DNA of 64,000 bases, taken from the NCBI GenBank assembly GCA_950097015.1, contig CATNEN010000005.1, positions 3,286,001 to 3,350,000 of the forward strand, written 5' to 3'. Source of the stretch: Macrostomum hystrix. Lineage: Eukaryota > Animalia > Platyhelminthes. The notes beneath the pieces were generated by a model, which was not told the origin of the DNA, did no database searches, and saw nothing but the letters and a program-made list of their open reading frames with translations. Positions within the stretch are counted from its first letter, which is position 1; every line of letters begins with the position of its first letter. Shown piece by piece: positions 1-12,593 of this stretch. Made by a program: the position numbers and the translations under genes.

Positions 1-2371
1 GATTAGACAACGGAGAGATTAGACACGGGGGAGATTAGACACGGGAGAGATTAGACATGGGAGAGATTAGACACGGGAGAGATTAGACACGGGAGAGATT
101 AGACACGCGGGAGATTAGACACGGGAGAGATTAGACACGGGAGAGATTAGACAACGGAGAGATTAGACACGGGGGAGATTAGACACGGGAGAGATTAGAC
201 ATGGGAGAGATTAGACATGGGAGAGATTAGACACGGGAGAGATTAGACACGGGGGAGATTAGACACGGGAGAGATTAGACACGGGAGAGATTAGACACGG
301 GAGAGATTAGACACGCGGGAGATTAGACACGGGAGAGATTAGACACGGGAGAGATTAGACAACGGAGAGATTAGACACGGGGGAGATTAGACACGGGAGA
401 GATTAGACACGGGAGAGATGAGACACGGGAGAGATTAGACACGGGAGAGATTAGACACGGGGGAGATTAGACACGGGGGAGATTAGACACGGGAGAGATT
501 AGACACGGGAGAGATTAGACACGGGGGAGATTAGACACGGGAGAGATTAGACACGGGAGAGATTAGACACGGGAGAGATTAGACACGGGAGAGATTAGAC
601 ACGCGGGAGATTAGACACGGGAGAGATTAGACACGGGAGAGATTAGACAACGGAGAGATTAGACACGGGGGAGATTAGACACGGGAGAGATTAGACATGG
701 GAGAGATTAGACACGGGAGAGATTAGACACGGGAGAGATTAGACACGCGGGAGATTAGACACGGGAGAGATTAGACACGGGAGAGATTAGACAACGGAGA
801 GATTAGACACGGGGGAGATTAGACACGGGAGAGATTAGACATGGGAGAGATTAGACACGGGAGAGATTAGACACGGGAGAGATTAGACACGGGAGAGATT
901 AGACACGGGAGAGATTAGACACGGGGGAGATTAGACACGGGAGAGATTAGACACGGGAGAGATGAGACACGGGAGAGATTAGACACGGGAGAGATTAGAC
1001 ACGGGGGAGATTAGACACGGGAGAGATTAGACACGGGAGAGATTAGACACGGGAGAGATTAGACACGGGGGAGATTAGACACGGGAGAGATTAGACACGG
1101 GAGAGATTAGACACGGGAGAGATTAGACACGGGAGAGATTAGACACGGGAGAGATTAGACACGGGAGAGATTAGACACGGGAGAGATTAGACACGGGGGA
1201 GATTAGACACGGGAGAGATTAGACACGGGAGAGATTAGACACGGGAGAGATTAGACACGGGAGAGATTAGACACGGGAGAGATTAGACACGGGAGAGATT
1301 AGACACGGGAGAGATTAGACACGGGAGAGATTAGACACGGGGGAGATTAGACACGGGAGAGATTAGACACGGGAGAGATTAGACACGGGAGAGATTAGAC
1401 ACGGGAGAGATTAGACACAGGAGAGATGAGACACAGGAGAGATTAGACACGGGAGAGATTAGACACGGGAGAGATTAGACACGGGAGAGATTAGACACGG
1501 GAGAGATTAGACACGGGAGAGATTAGACACGGGAGAGATTAGACACGGGGGAGATTAGACACGGGAGAGATTAGACACGGGAGAGATTAGACACGGGAGA
1601 GATTAGATACGGGAGAGATTAGACACGGGGGAGATTAGACACGGGAGAGATTAGACACGGGGGAGATTAGACACGGGAGAGATTAGACACGGGGGAGATT
1701 AGACACGAGAGCGATGAGACACAGGAGAGATTAGACACGGGAGAGATTAGACACGGGAGAGATTAGACACGGGAGAGATTAGACACGGGAGAGATTAGAC
1801 ACGGGGGAGATTAGACACGGGAGAGATTAGACACGGGAGAGATTAGACACGGGAGAGATTAGACACGGGGGAGATTAGACACGGGAGAGATTAGACACGG
1901 GAGAGATTAGACACGGGAGAGATTAGACACGGGAGAGATTAGACACGAGAGCGATGAGACACAGGAGAGATTAGACACGGGAGAGATTAGACACGGGAGA
2001 GATTAGACACGGGAGAGATTAGACACGGGAGAGATTAGACACGGGAGAGATTAGACACGGGAGAGATTAGACACGGGAGAGATTAGACACGGGGGAGATT
2101 AGACACGGGAGAGATTAGACACGGGAGAGATTAGACACGGGAGAGATTAGACACGGGAGAGATTAGACACGGGGGAGATTAGACACGGGAGAGATTAGAC
2201 ACGGGAGAGATTAGACACGGGAGAGATTAGACACGGGAGAGATTAGACACGGGGGAGATTAGACACGGGAGAGATTAGACACGGGGGAGATTAGACACGG
2301 GAGAGATTAGACACGGGGGAGATGAGACACAGGAGAGATGAGACACGGGAGAGATTAGTCACGAGAGAGAT
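1..2371 (+). repeat. 16-bp tandem array (GAGAGATTAGACACGG) inside MITE copy 1
   Basis: Direct inspection; more than 145 units with minor variants, running off the window start. Confidence 0.98.
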
Positions 2372-2468
2372 GAAACAGTACACTGCAGATGTCAGGAGGG
2401 GCAACGGGCCGGATTTGGGAGCTTCGAGGGCCTCATCTGGCCCGCGGGCCGGAGTTTGCCGACCCCTG
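1..2468 (-). mobile_element. hAT/Buster-type non-autonomous MITE, copy 1 (other end lies outside the window)
   Basis: Ends in GTTTGCCGACCCCTG (2454-2468), the reverse complement of the TIR CAGGGGTCGGCAAAC. About 100 bp of subterminal sequence matches the reverse complement of 3694-3800. The flanking 8-mer GTATAGAT fits nnnTAnnn. Confidence 0.85.
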
Positions 2469-3693
2469 GTATAGATTGTTTTGCCTTCCTAATTCTCATT
2501 TTGAATGTTCTTAACTCTATGGCCGAATAGCTGAGCTGCGCGCGGCAGACCCATCCTATAGCTTGAGACCATAGACATTGTCAGGGAATCGGATCTTTAT
2601 AAGCCAAGATGAATTAAAATAAAATCCGACTGCTTATTTTATTGACAGTTATTGGGCTCATTCTTTGTCGGGAACGCCTAGTCTATGGTTTAAAGTGCTT
2701 TAAATTCCAGGACCATCAAATCATTTGATGGTCCCGAAATGAAAACAGTTTGAACCATAGACTAAACAGAACTTAACAGTGTATATAAATGCAACAAAAA
2801 TAACAGGAACTATATACTGTATAACGAAGCAACAAAAAGACAATTTTCTAGCAAAACAATAGACAATTGGAAACATATTTAGTTTCTTTCAATAATAGGC
2901 AGTGCATTAAACGTTTAAGAAACTCACTAAAATGAATTTTTAGCTCGATCAATGATGATAGCCTTGACACCGTGGTCAGTAATAGACAGTATTGTCGCTA
3001 TCAAATTCTTTTTCCATCGCAGTGTGGTTTAAGTGAAAGCTACAAAAGAAAGTAATTCGGATTTCGTCTAGCTAATACTGTCTTAATTTATGGCAAATTT
3101 GTCTATGGTCCCATGTGGGGGCTTTGCCCCCACGCCCCCAGTCGGGGCTTTGCCCCGACACTCCCGATGGCTGCACCGCGTTCGGCGGGGCTCAAGAGGA
3201 AAATAAGCAAAGCAAAACAAAAATAAGCAATTCGGATTTCATATAAGATCACGGTAGTTTAATGCGCATTCTATGGTAAAAAGTCCTCGGCCACACTTAA
3301 TGGTCCTCGGCTCGCTTCGCTTGCCTCGTGACCATCAAATGCAGCCTCGGAATTCTAACCCTAGAATGCGCATTTAAACATCCATGATGATATAATACAT
3401 TGAAGATCAAACTTTCATGTAAAACACTTAATAACCATCGGTAGAGCAACATGTTAGGTTAGTTATATCGTTTTTCATTCATTCCAACTGTCCATTGCGC
3501 ACACACTTGAGACGGCACAAAAATTGTTCATCCGCTTCAAGACCTCGTGTTGAGATTTGCTGTGTTAAGAAGAAAAATATGCCTTTGAATTTAGATATGC
3601 CTTCTATTCACTGCAAATAGCCTTTCTGGGGTTTAATGTACTCGCGTTTTTTAGATAAAAGTTGGTTGTACTATTCCGCTTTTATACCTAAAG

Positions 3694-4640
3694 CAGGGGT
3701 CGGCAAACTCCGGCCCGCGGGCCAGATGCGGCCCTCGAAGCTCCCAAATCCGGCCCGTTGCACCTTCTGACATCTACAGTGTCCTGTTTCATCTCACTCG
3801 TGTCTAATCTCTCCCGTGTGTAATCTCTCCCGTGCCTCATCTCTCCCGTGTCTCATCTCTCCCGTGCCTCATCTCTCCTGTGTCTCATCTCTCCCGTGTC
3901 TAATCTCTCCCGTGTCTCATCTCTCCCGTGTCTCATCTCTCCCGTGTCTCATCTCTCCCGTGTCTCATCTCTCCCGTGCCTCATCTCTCCCGTGTCTCAT
4001 CTCTCCCGTGTCTAATCTCTCCCGTGTCTCATCTCTCCCGTGTCTCATCTCTCCCGTGTCTTATCTCTCCCGTGCCTCATCTCTCCCGTGTCTTATCTCT
4101 CCCGTGCCTCATCTCTCCCGTGTCTCATCTCTCCCGTGTCTTATCTCTCCCGTGCCTCATCTCTCCCGTGTCTTATCTCTCCCGTGCCTCATCTCTCCCG
4201 TGTCTCATCTCTCCCGTGTCTTATCTCTCCCGTGCCTCATCTCTCCCGTGTCTTATCTCTCCCGTGTCTCATCTCTCCCGTGTCTCATCTCTCCCGTGTC
4301 TTATCTCTCCCGTGTCTCATCTCTCCCGTGTCTAATCTCTCCTGTTTCTCATCTCTCCCGCGTCTTATCTCTCCCGTGTCTAATCTCTCCTGTTTCTCAT
4401 CTCTCCCGCGTCTTATCTCTCCCGTGTCTTATCTCTCCCGTGTCTAATCTCTCCTGTTTCTCATCTCTCCCGTGTCTTATCTCTCCCGTGTCTTATCTCT
4501 CCCGTGTCTCATCTCTCTCGTGTATCATCTCTCCCGTGTCTCATCTCTCCTCTATCTCATATTTATACAGTCAATGCGGCCCTCTGTCGTCTTTTAGGTT
4601 CTTTCTTTGGCCCGCCAGCTAATAAGTTTGCCTACCCCTG
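3694..4640 (+). mobile_element. Complete hAT/Buster-type MITE, copy 2
   Basis: TIRs CAGGGGTCGGCAAAC / GTTTGCCTACCCCTG (14/15 match). Perfect 8-bp TSD ACCTAAAG at 3686-3693 and 4641-4648 with central TA. Subterminal GGCCCGC motifs; no transposase. Confidence 0.93.
3790..4560 (-). repeat. 16-bp tandem array (CCGTGTCTHATCTCTC) inside MITE copy 2
   Basis: Reverse complement of the array at 1-2371; about 48 units. Confidence 0.97.
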
Positions 4641-5264
4641 ACCTAAAGACTTCATTTTACATTGGTCGCTTTATGAATGTATTTGTCTTGTAAAGCTAAA
4701 AACGTAAATGTGCGATGAGCATACAGCCGCTAATATCCAAGAAACAGAATTATTTCAAAATGAAAAGAATTTGCCATTCCCTTCACATCTTCAGTTTTCG
4801 GTATTGTGAGGCTAAATGGTTTTTAACGACCGTCCCCCACTCACAATGACCAGCTCTTCCTCGTGGGCAATAACAGCCCTCTCAACTTGGTGAAGAAATG
4901 TGCTAGTTCAATTCGAAGCTATACTCAGCAGACCGAGAAAAAATTTCTTGTTGTCCGTTCTGGACTATGAAAAATAGCTGCTGCGCTCCACTGCGCGCTA
5001 TTGGTCTGACAAAGCACGCTGCACACGCATGACAACACTTAGACTGGACTGCATCCAACTTTTTTTACTTCTTGTGTCACACTGGCTGAAGAAAATACGA
5101 GTAGAAGACTTTATTATTTGTAGAGCTATTTCAGTCCCAGACTCTTAAGAACTACGACCGAACTATAGAGGACAAATCGTAGAACTGAACAAAAAGCAAA
5201 CACAATTAAACACATGCAACTTGGACTGGAATAAAGCTGGAATACGCTAGTAACTGGTAAAGTA

Positions 5265-6589
5265 ATGAGAAACAGGATAGTGTTCAGGAATAATCTACTT
5301 TCTACACTGTTAGGATGTCAGGGTGAGTTACGAGCTACTAGTCCTGTATTCCATCTAGAGCCTCATTCCAGACACTCGAGATTAAACGAATTTAAATGCA
5401 TTACCGTGAATATTTTAATATCTACGTTTTAACAGGCCGAATAATTCAGAAACTGCTCCTGCTGACGACCATTTTTACGCTGCTTTTCTTGCTGATGGGC
5501 AGGAAGTGGCTGCAGGCGGAGCCCCTCAGCAGAGCCTGGCACGACGTCAATTCAAGAGAGACGCCAATACCGAGCGCCCAGCCAGTCAGGGCGCCTCCGC
5601 CACCTCCGGTGAGCGGACTGCCGTGTCGAGAGCTGCCCGAGCGATTCCCGGACTCCATTCCGCCGATCGTGCACTGGACCACCAAGGATGGCCGAGTGCA
5701 CAAGCTTCTAGTCGAAACTGTCAAATCGTGGCTCCTTCTGCGAAGCAAAACCGCCAGGAACTCAACACTGAAGTGGTACTTCATGCACTGGGATGACATT
5801 CAGATGAAGCAGCTGGTTGAGAAGCACTACCCAGTGCTGAGCAAGAGCTACTCAAAGCTGGCAAACGGTCTCGAGAGATCCGACATCGGACGGCTGGTCG
5901 TGCTGCACCACGTCGGCGGTGTGTACGTCGACCTGGACGTCGAGCTCAGACGGGATCTCACGCCGCTGCTGATGCCTGAGGACCAGCAGCCAAGCGATGA
6001 CGAAGCCTCAGCCAAGTCCAGGAAGTCAGCTGGCTGTCGATCAGCTCTGTGGAGTCAGGAGCCTCCGGAACACGCCGAGTTCATATTCAACAGACGTTGG
6101 ATGATTTCGAATGCGGTCATGATGAGCAGAGCGAATCACAGCTTCCTGGAATATGTGCTCAGCAGCTGGCCCGCCTGGTTCGAGGCCAACTGGGCGAAGA
6201 AATCAAGAACTCACAACCAAGCAGTGCAAGTGACAGGTCCGATAATGCTGCAGACATTCTATGAGAAGTACGCAGCGCTCAAAGCTAGCGAGCGTCCTGA
6301 GGACTGGTGCGCCAGCATGGTGGCAGAGCCGGAACTGTTCCAGCCAATCATGGATAACGGGTTCATAAACCGATTAATGAGAAGATCGTGCACGAATTTG
6401 GAAAAACTGTCAGAGCCCAGACTGACTTATTGTCGACACACAGCCTGCGCGAACTTCAAGAACAGAGAGGTTCCGAGCACAGCTTACACGGTACACCACT
6501 TCATGCACCTCAGCTACACGAACAATATGAAGCTGGACGATTCCCAGTGCATCATGCGACTCCTGCCTATTCTCGAATGCAAACTTTAA
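5265..6589 (+). CDS. GT32-family (Och1/Sur1-like, DXD) glycosyltransferase, paralog A; probable exons 5265-5322 and 5436-6589
   Basis: N-terminal TM helix, IPPIVHWTTK, ERSDIGRLVVLHHVGGVYVDLDVE (DXD), ISNAVMMSRANHSFL and TGP motifs. A phase-1 GTGAGT donor at 5323 fits the acceptor TTTTAACAG|GC at 5435. The ORF-track start at 5396 is probably intronic. Confidence 0.85.
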
Positions 6590-7117
6590 TCGAATGCATT
6601 GGCATATTTGCTTCTCTACCTTTGATCAATGGTTATTAATGACTTTTCTTTTTTTATTTAACAATTCTCCTTGCTCAGCGAATAATTAAGGTAAATTAAC
6701 TTGTCAAACTGGGGAACGCTGACAATTGTCAGTTTCTACTGCTTTTATTTCATATTTTATTTGAAACAAAAAGTTTTAGTACTTTAAGAAATAAAAAAAA
6801 TTTTTGTAAAACAAAAAATGCAGCCGTTCAAAGTTAAAAAAAACTTTATCTAGGCAGTGCTGCATCGTCTCACAAACGTTGAACCTCTGGCACCATGTAA
6901 GCAAGAACGCACACACGAGCTGATGCATACAATTCGGGTCATATTGTGTCGATTTACGATGTTAAAATAATTAGTACGAATTGAACAAAGGGCAGAAATC
7001 ATAAAGATAGGCATGCACCGTCCCAGCCCCGCACAGACATAGTAAGAAGACACTAAATGGGAATGGCCACAAGGTAATAAAAGAACCCCCTATGCGAAAG
7101 ACCTCATTTACTGAGGA

Positions 7118-9346
7118 AAACCACTGAACCTGCGGACAACCACTGAACCAGAGGACATCCACTGAACCTGAGGATAACGCTGAACCTGAGGACATCCACT
7201 GAACCTGAGGACAACCACTGAACCTGAGGACAACCACTGAACCTGAGGACAACCAATGAACCTGTGGACAACCACTGAACCTGAGGATAGCACTGAACCT
7301 GCGGACAACCACTGAACCTGAGGACAACCACTGAACCTGAGGACAACCACTGAACCTGAAAACAACCACTGAACCTGCGGACAACCACTGAACCTGAAAA
7401 CAACCACTGAACCTGCGGACAACCACTGAACCTGAGGACAACCACTGAACCTGAGGACAACCACTGAACCTGAAAACAACCACTGAACCTGCGGACAACC
7501 ACTGAACCTGAAAACAACCACTGAACCTGCGGACAACCACTGAACCTGAGGATAACACTGAACCTGAAAACAACCACTGAACCTGCGGACAACCACTGAA
7601 CCTGAGGACAACCACTGAACCTGAGGACAACCACTGAACCTGAAAACAACCACTGAACCTGCGGACAACCACTGAACCTGAAGATAGCACTGAACCTGAG
7701 GATTGCACTGAACCTGAGGATAGCACTGAACCTGAGGATAACACTGAACCTGAGGATAGCACTGAACCTGAGGATAGCACTGAACCTGAGGATAGCACTG
7801 AACCTGAGGATTGCACTGAACCTGAGGATAGCACTGAACCTGAGGATTGCACTGAACCTGAGGATTGCACTGAACCTGAGGATTGCACTGAACCTGAGGA
7901 TAGCACTGAACCTGAGGATAGCACTGAACCTGAGGATAGCACTGAACCTGAGGATAGCACTGAACCTGAGGATTGCACTGAACCTGAGGCTAGCACTGAA
8001 CCTGAGGATAGCACTGAACCTGAGGATAACACTGAACCTGAGGATTGCACTGAACCTGAGGACAACCACTGAACCTGAGGATAGCACTGAACCTGAGGAT
8101 AGCACTGAACCTGAGGATAGCACTGAACCTGAGGATTGCACTGAACCTGAGGATAGCACTGAACCTGAGGATAGCACTGAACCTGAGGATAACACTGAAC
8201 CTGAGGATTGCACTGAACCTGAGGACAACCACTGAACCTGAGGATAGCACTGAACCTGAGGATAGCACTGAACCTGAGGATAGCACTGAACCTGAGGATA
8301 ACACTGAACCTAAGGATTGCACTGAACCTGAGGACAACCACTGAACCTGAGGATAGCACTGAACCTGAGGATAGCACTGAACCTGAGGATAACACTGAAC
8401 CTGAGGATAACACTGAACCTGAGGATAACACTGAACCTGAGGATAACACTGAACCTGAGGATTGCACTGAACCTGAGGACAACCACTGAACCTGAGGATT
8501 GCACTGAACCTGAGGATAGCACTGAACCTGAGGATAACACTGAACCTCAGGATAGCACTGAACCTGAGGATAGCACTGAACCTGAGGATAACACTGAACC
8601 TGAGGATAGCACTGAACCTGATGATAACACTGAACCTGAGGATAACACTGAACCTGAGGATAGCACTGAACCTGAGGATAACACTGAACCTGAGGATAAC
8701 ACTGAACCTGAGGATAACACTGAACCTGAGGACAACCACTGAACCTGAGGATAGCACTGAACCTGAGGATAGCACTGAACCTGAGGATAACACTGAACCT
8801 GAGGATAGCACTGAACCTGAGGATAACACTGAACCTGAGGACAACCACTGAACCTGAGGATAGCACTGAACCTGAGGATAGCACTGAACCTGAGGATAAC
8901 ACTGAACCTCAGGATAGCACTGAACCTGAGGATAGCACTGAACCTGAGGATAACACTGAACCTGAGGATAGCACTGAACCTGAGGATAACACTGAACCTG
9001 AGGATAGCACTGAACCTGAGGATAACACTGAACCTGAGGATAGCACTGAACCTGAGGATAGCACTGAACCTGAGGATAACACTGAACCTGAGGATAACAC
9101 TGAACCTGAGGATAACACTGAACCTGAGGATAACACTGAACCTGAGGATAGCACTGAACCTGAGGATAACACTGAACCTGAGGATAGCACTGAACCTGAG
9201 GATAGCACTGAACCTGAGGATAACACTGAACCTGAGGATAGCACTGAACCTGAGGATAACACTGAACCTGAGGATAGCACTGAACCTGAGGATAGCACTG
9301 AACCTGAGGATAGCACTGAACCTGAGGATAGCACTGAACCTGAGGA
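7118..9346 (+). repeat. 18/19-bp tandem array (GCACTGAACCTGAGGATA / CCACTGAACCTGAGGACAA), left part
   Basis: Direct inspection; the 19-bp variant dominates the left side and the 18-bp variant the right. Confidence 0.98.
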
Positions 9347-12300
9347 TAATAATAATAATAATAATAGTTACACTCCACGCCGACCACAGAAGTGGCCATG
9401 AGGGGGGAGAGTCAAAACGCGCGTTTCAGTGCCAGGTCTCTGACGTGCTTCACGCCTGCCGCCTGGCTGGGTGCTCGGGCGTCTTCAAAAAGGCGGTCAA
9501 TATAGCGGGCTGTTCGTCCCTGGCCGCGCCTGCGCGGTCCCTGCGAGGTCCACAGCAGGACATCCTGCAGCGGCTCTGGGCAGTAGGCTTCGGCGCGGAT
9601 GACATGCCCGGCCAGCCGCAGTCGCCGCTGACTCAGCAGGACAGAAGGCCGCGTTAGGCGCGCACGCTGGTACAGGGACTCGGTTGTCTCGCTGCCAGGG
9701 CCGCGGCGGGCGCCGAAAGCGGCGCGAACTAGGGCCGCATGCGCCGCGTCGAGCTGCGCCTCGAGCGCCCCGGTCATCGTCCAGGTCTCAGCATTGTACA
9801 AGAGGGCGGTCTCGACAACCGCCTGGAACAGCTGGGACCTGGCGCCGTTCGACAGGGCCTCGGAGAGTAGCACCGCCCGCACAGAACGGTAGGCGGCCCA
9901 GGCCTTGCCGCGTCGTCTCGCCAGGTCGTCGCCCACGTCAGGCACCAGTCCGCCGAGGTAGACGAACTGACGGCACTTCGGGAGCACGGTCCCGGGGCCG
10001 TCACCGTCTCTTAGTCGAATCTCGGCAGGTAGGTTTTGCGGCACCGTCAGCACCTCGGTCTTCATGGCGTTGATAGCGAGGCCGACCCTCGCCGCCGCCG
10101 CAGTCAGGCCATCCAGCAGCCGTTGGGCGCCTTCGGCCGTCGTAGACAGCAGGGCAAGGTCGTCCGCGTAGCCGAGGACAGACAACTTCTTCTCCGGGTG
10201 CCGTCGACTAGTGCGTCTTTGAAGCAGAAAACCGTCCTCTGCAGTCGGCAGGCCGGTCCTGAGCACCCAGTCCATCACCAGCACGAAAAGAAAAGGCGCC
10301 AGGGTGTCACCCTGCAGCACTCCGGAGGTAGTGCTGAACAGGTCCGACGGTCCGTCTGGCGTCGCTACCACAGCGGTGGTGTCCTGATACAGTGCCATGA
10401 TGGCGGAGATCAGCTGCTGCGGTATGTTGTAGGCACGGAGCACGTGAGGCAGCGCGCCGCGGGCCACCGAGTCGAAAGCTTTGAGAAAGTCAACAAAGAT
10501 GACGACAAGGCTTGACTGGTGGATGCGCGCCTCCTCGATGATGCGACGGAGGGCCAGGATCTGAGTCACCGTGCCGCGACGGGGCCGGAACCCATTCTGC
10601 TCGTACCGCAGAAACGAGTCCAGCACAGGCTGTAACCGTGCTAACAGCACCCGGTTGAACAGCTTCGCGGCACAGGACATAAGCGAGATCCCGCGATGCT
10701 CCTCCTTCTTTGTAGTGCCCGGCTTCTTCGGGATGCCGACGATGGTGGCCTGGGTCCACTCGCGGGGCGCAGGGCCTCCCGCCAGGACGCCGTTCATCAC
10801 GCGGGCCACCTCGATGGCAACCCTTGTGACTCGCAGTGCCTCTACGGGGACCTCATCCGGACCGGGGGCGCGGCCTCCCGGTGCCCTGCGGGCGAATTCC
10901 ACGATGTCGGTGCTGGTCACTGGACTGGTGTCGAAGTCCTCCTGCCGCGGTAGCGCCACCTCGGGGGGCAGCGGCATCTCGTTCGGCAGAGTCGGCGGCG
11001 GCGCGTTGACAATGGCGGCGAAGAAGGTGCGCAGCTCGTTTCTGCGCTCCTCGGCAGTATCGCCAGCCAGGTTGAGCGCCGCTTTCGTTTTGCGACCGGT
11101 GAGGGCGTTCACAACGGGCCAGACGACCCTGTTCTGCCGTTCAGGCCCGACAGAGGTGACAGCCCGGATCGCGTCGTCAACAGCGGCTTTCTGTCGACTT
11201 GCGTAGGCGTCTGCCAGGGCTTTCTCGGCATCGGATGTCGGTCGCCTGGCTCGCCGCAGCTGCTCGACAGTGCGGCGGGCCTCACGTACCTCCGGGTCGC
11301 TCGCCCAAACTGGAAGTTGCCGTGACGCGGGTTCCATAAGCGGCAGAGTCTTGGCAGCGGCAGTGGCGATGGCTGAGCTAATTGTGCTGTAGTCCGGCGC
11401 CTGCGCTGATCCCAGGGCGGTCGCGAAGGCGTACGCAAACCTGCTGCGGGTGCCTGGGTCTTGCAAGGCGCGGAAGTACCTTCTTCTAGGGCGTTTTGGT
11501 GGTCGGTACAGCGGATCAGAGAGCCTCAGGTCGCAGTAGAGCAGGCGATGGTCGGACCGGACAGCCAGGGGTTCCATTGTGTCGCAGTTCTGCTGCCGGC
11601 TGCGTTCGCGATGGCGAATCAGCACGTGGTCGAGCTGCGCCAAGCGGGTCGTAGCGAATCGGCCTCGCGCGTTCCGCCTCCTTCGCTTGCAGCCGGCGAA
11701 GGTCGCCAGCCGGTTGGGCGGTTTGCGGAAGCGCGTGTTGGCTGACACCAGGTCGAGCCTCGCCATCAGGTCCGCAAGCGCGGCGGTGTTGGCGTTCTGG
11801 CGTGGCGACACAAACGGGCAGCGCTGGGACCGCGGCGCTACGGCGTTGAGATCACCAAGCATCACCACAGTGTCGCGATGCGCCACCATCTCGAGCTGCT
11901 CCGACAGGAACTCGAAGAGTTCCTGCGCCTCCTGCTGATGGGCAGCTGTGGGAGCGTACGCACAGAAAAGCCGCACATTGCGGCGACGTAGTCTCACGTC
12001 CACGCGCAGCAGTCGGGCTGACAGGCTGACGCAGCAGATGCTCTCGCGTAGCCGTGGTCCGACAAGCACGCCGACTCCTCCACGGCCTCTGCTGTCCGCT
12101 GATGTGTAGTGCAGCGTCCAGCCGCTCCCCAGATCCTCACGGTGTAGGCCAGACTCAGCAGTGATTGACACCTCCTGCAGCATGACGAGGTCCAGCCGCA
12201 GGTCAGATGCCAGCTTTGCGAGCATGCCCCTTCTCCAGGCAGGCTTTAGCGTTCGGCAGTTAAAGGTTGCTAGCCTTAGAGCGCGGTTTGTAAAGGCTGG

Positions 12301-12580
12301 GGCCCGATGTTGGTGGGCCTCACGGTCCCCGGCGCCACCCGGCGGAGCCGACTGGGCGGGGGTCTGCAGATCAGTGTTGCCAGCAGACTGGCGGAGGCGG
12401 CCTTTCATTCGCCCTCGCCGGTTGCGTTCCCTTCGCCGCTCGGTCCGACGTCGGGTGCTTCGCTGTCCACGCCGTCCTCCCGACCTGCCGCACTTGGCAG
12501 CCGCAGCACCAGGGCGCGGCTCTCCGTGTTGGCCGAGGCAAGCGCTGGGGACTCCAGCGTCACCAGGAGGCGGCGGCATT
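9347..12580 (-). mobile_element. RTE-like non-LTR retrotransposon (LINE), apparently intact
   Basis: Single APE+RT ORF, short 3' UTR with stem-loop GGCCAC-TTCT-GTGGTC (9382-9397) and (ATT)n tail (about 9347-9366). GC-rich relative to the host; sits inside the 18-bp array. Confidence 0.93.
9412..12579 (-). CDS. LINE polyprotein: apurinic endonuclease plus reverse transcriptase
   Basis: APE motifs TFNCRTL, LQEV, GGVGVL, GDLNA, LDHVL, SDHRLL. RT motifs RGISL, QNGFRP, FVDFLKAFDSV, GVLQGDTLAPFLF, YADDL, FVYLG. RTE-type C-terminus LLYNAETWT. 1055 aa with no stops. Confidence 0.95.
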   Translation of the reverse strand: MPPPPGDAGVPSACLGQHGEPRPGAAAAKCGRSGGRRGQRSTRRRTERRRERNRRGRMKGRLRQSAGNTDLQTPAQSAPPGGAGDREAHQHRAPAFTNRALRLATFNCRTLKPAWRRGMLAKLASDLRLDLVMLQEVSITAESGLHREDLGSGWTLHYTSADSRGRGGVGVLVGPRLRESICCVSLSARLLRVDVRLRRRNVRLFCAYAPTAAHQQEAQELFEFLSEQLEMVAHRDTVVMLGDLNAVAPRSQRCPFVSPRQNANTAALADLMARLDLVSANTRFRKPPNRLATFAGCKRRRRNARGRFATTRLAQLDHVLIRHRERSRQQNCDTMEPLAVRSDHRLLYCDLRLSDPLYRPPKRPRRRYFRALQDPGTRSRFAYAFATALGSAQAPDYSTISSAIATAAAKTLPLMEPASRQLPVWASDPEVREARRTVEQLRRARRPTSDAEKALADAYASRQKAAVDDAIRAVTSVGPERQNRVVWPVVNALTGRKTKAALNLAGDTAEERRNELRTFFAAIVNAPPPTLPNEMPLPPEVALPRQEDFDTSPVTSTDIVEFARRAPGGRAPGPDEVPVEALRVTRVAIEVARVMNGVLAGGPAPREWTQATIVGIPKKPGTTKKEEHRGISLMSCAAKLFNRVLLARLQPVLDSFLRYEQNGFRPRRGTVTQILALRRIIEEARIHQSSLVVIFVDFLKAFDSVARGALPHVLRAYNIPQQLISAIMALYQDTTAVVATPDGPSDLFSTTSGVLQGDTLAPFLFVLVMDWVLRTGLPTAEDGFLLQRRTSRRHPEKKLSVLGYADDLALLSTTAEGAQRLLDGLTAAAARVGLAINAMKTEVLTVPQNLPAEIRLRDGDGPGTVLPKCRQFVYLGGLVPDVGDDLARRRGKAWAAYRSVRAVLLSEALSNGARSQLFQAVVETALLYNAETWTMTGALEAQLDAAHAALVRAAFGARRGPGSETTESLYQRARLTRPSVLLSQRRLRLAGHVIRAEAYCPEPLQDVLLWTSQGPRRRGQGRTARYIDRLFEDARAPSQAAGVKHVRDLALKRAF

Positions 12581-12593
12581 TATTTGCACTAGG

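Noticed and set aside
12380-12580. HDV-like ribozyme at the LINE 5' end (GGCGAATG on the minus strand)
   Set aside because: No upstream strand complementary to the putative P2 could be found and the nested pseudoknot could not be built by eye. A covariance-model search would be needed.
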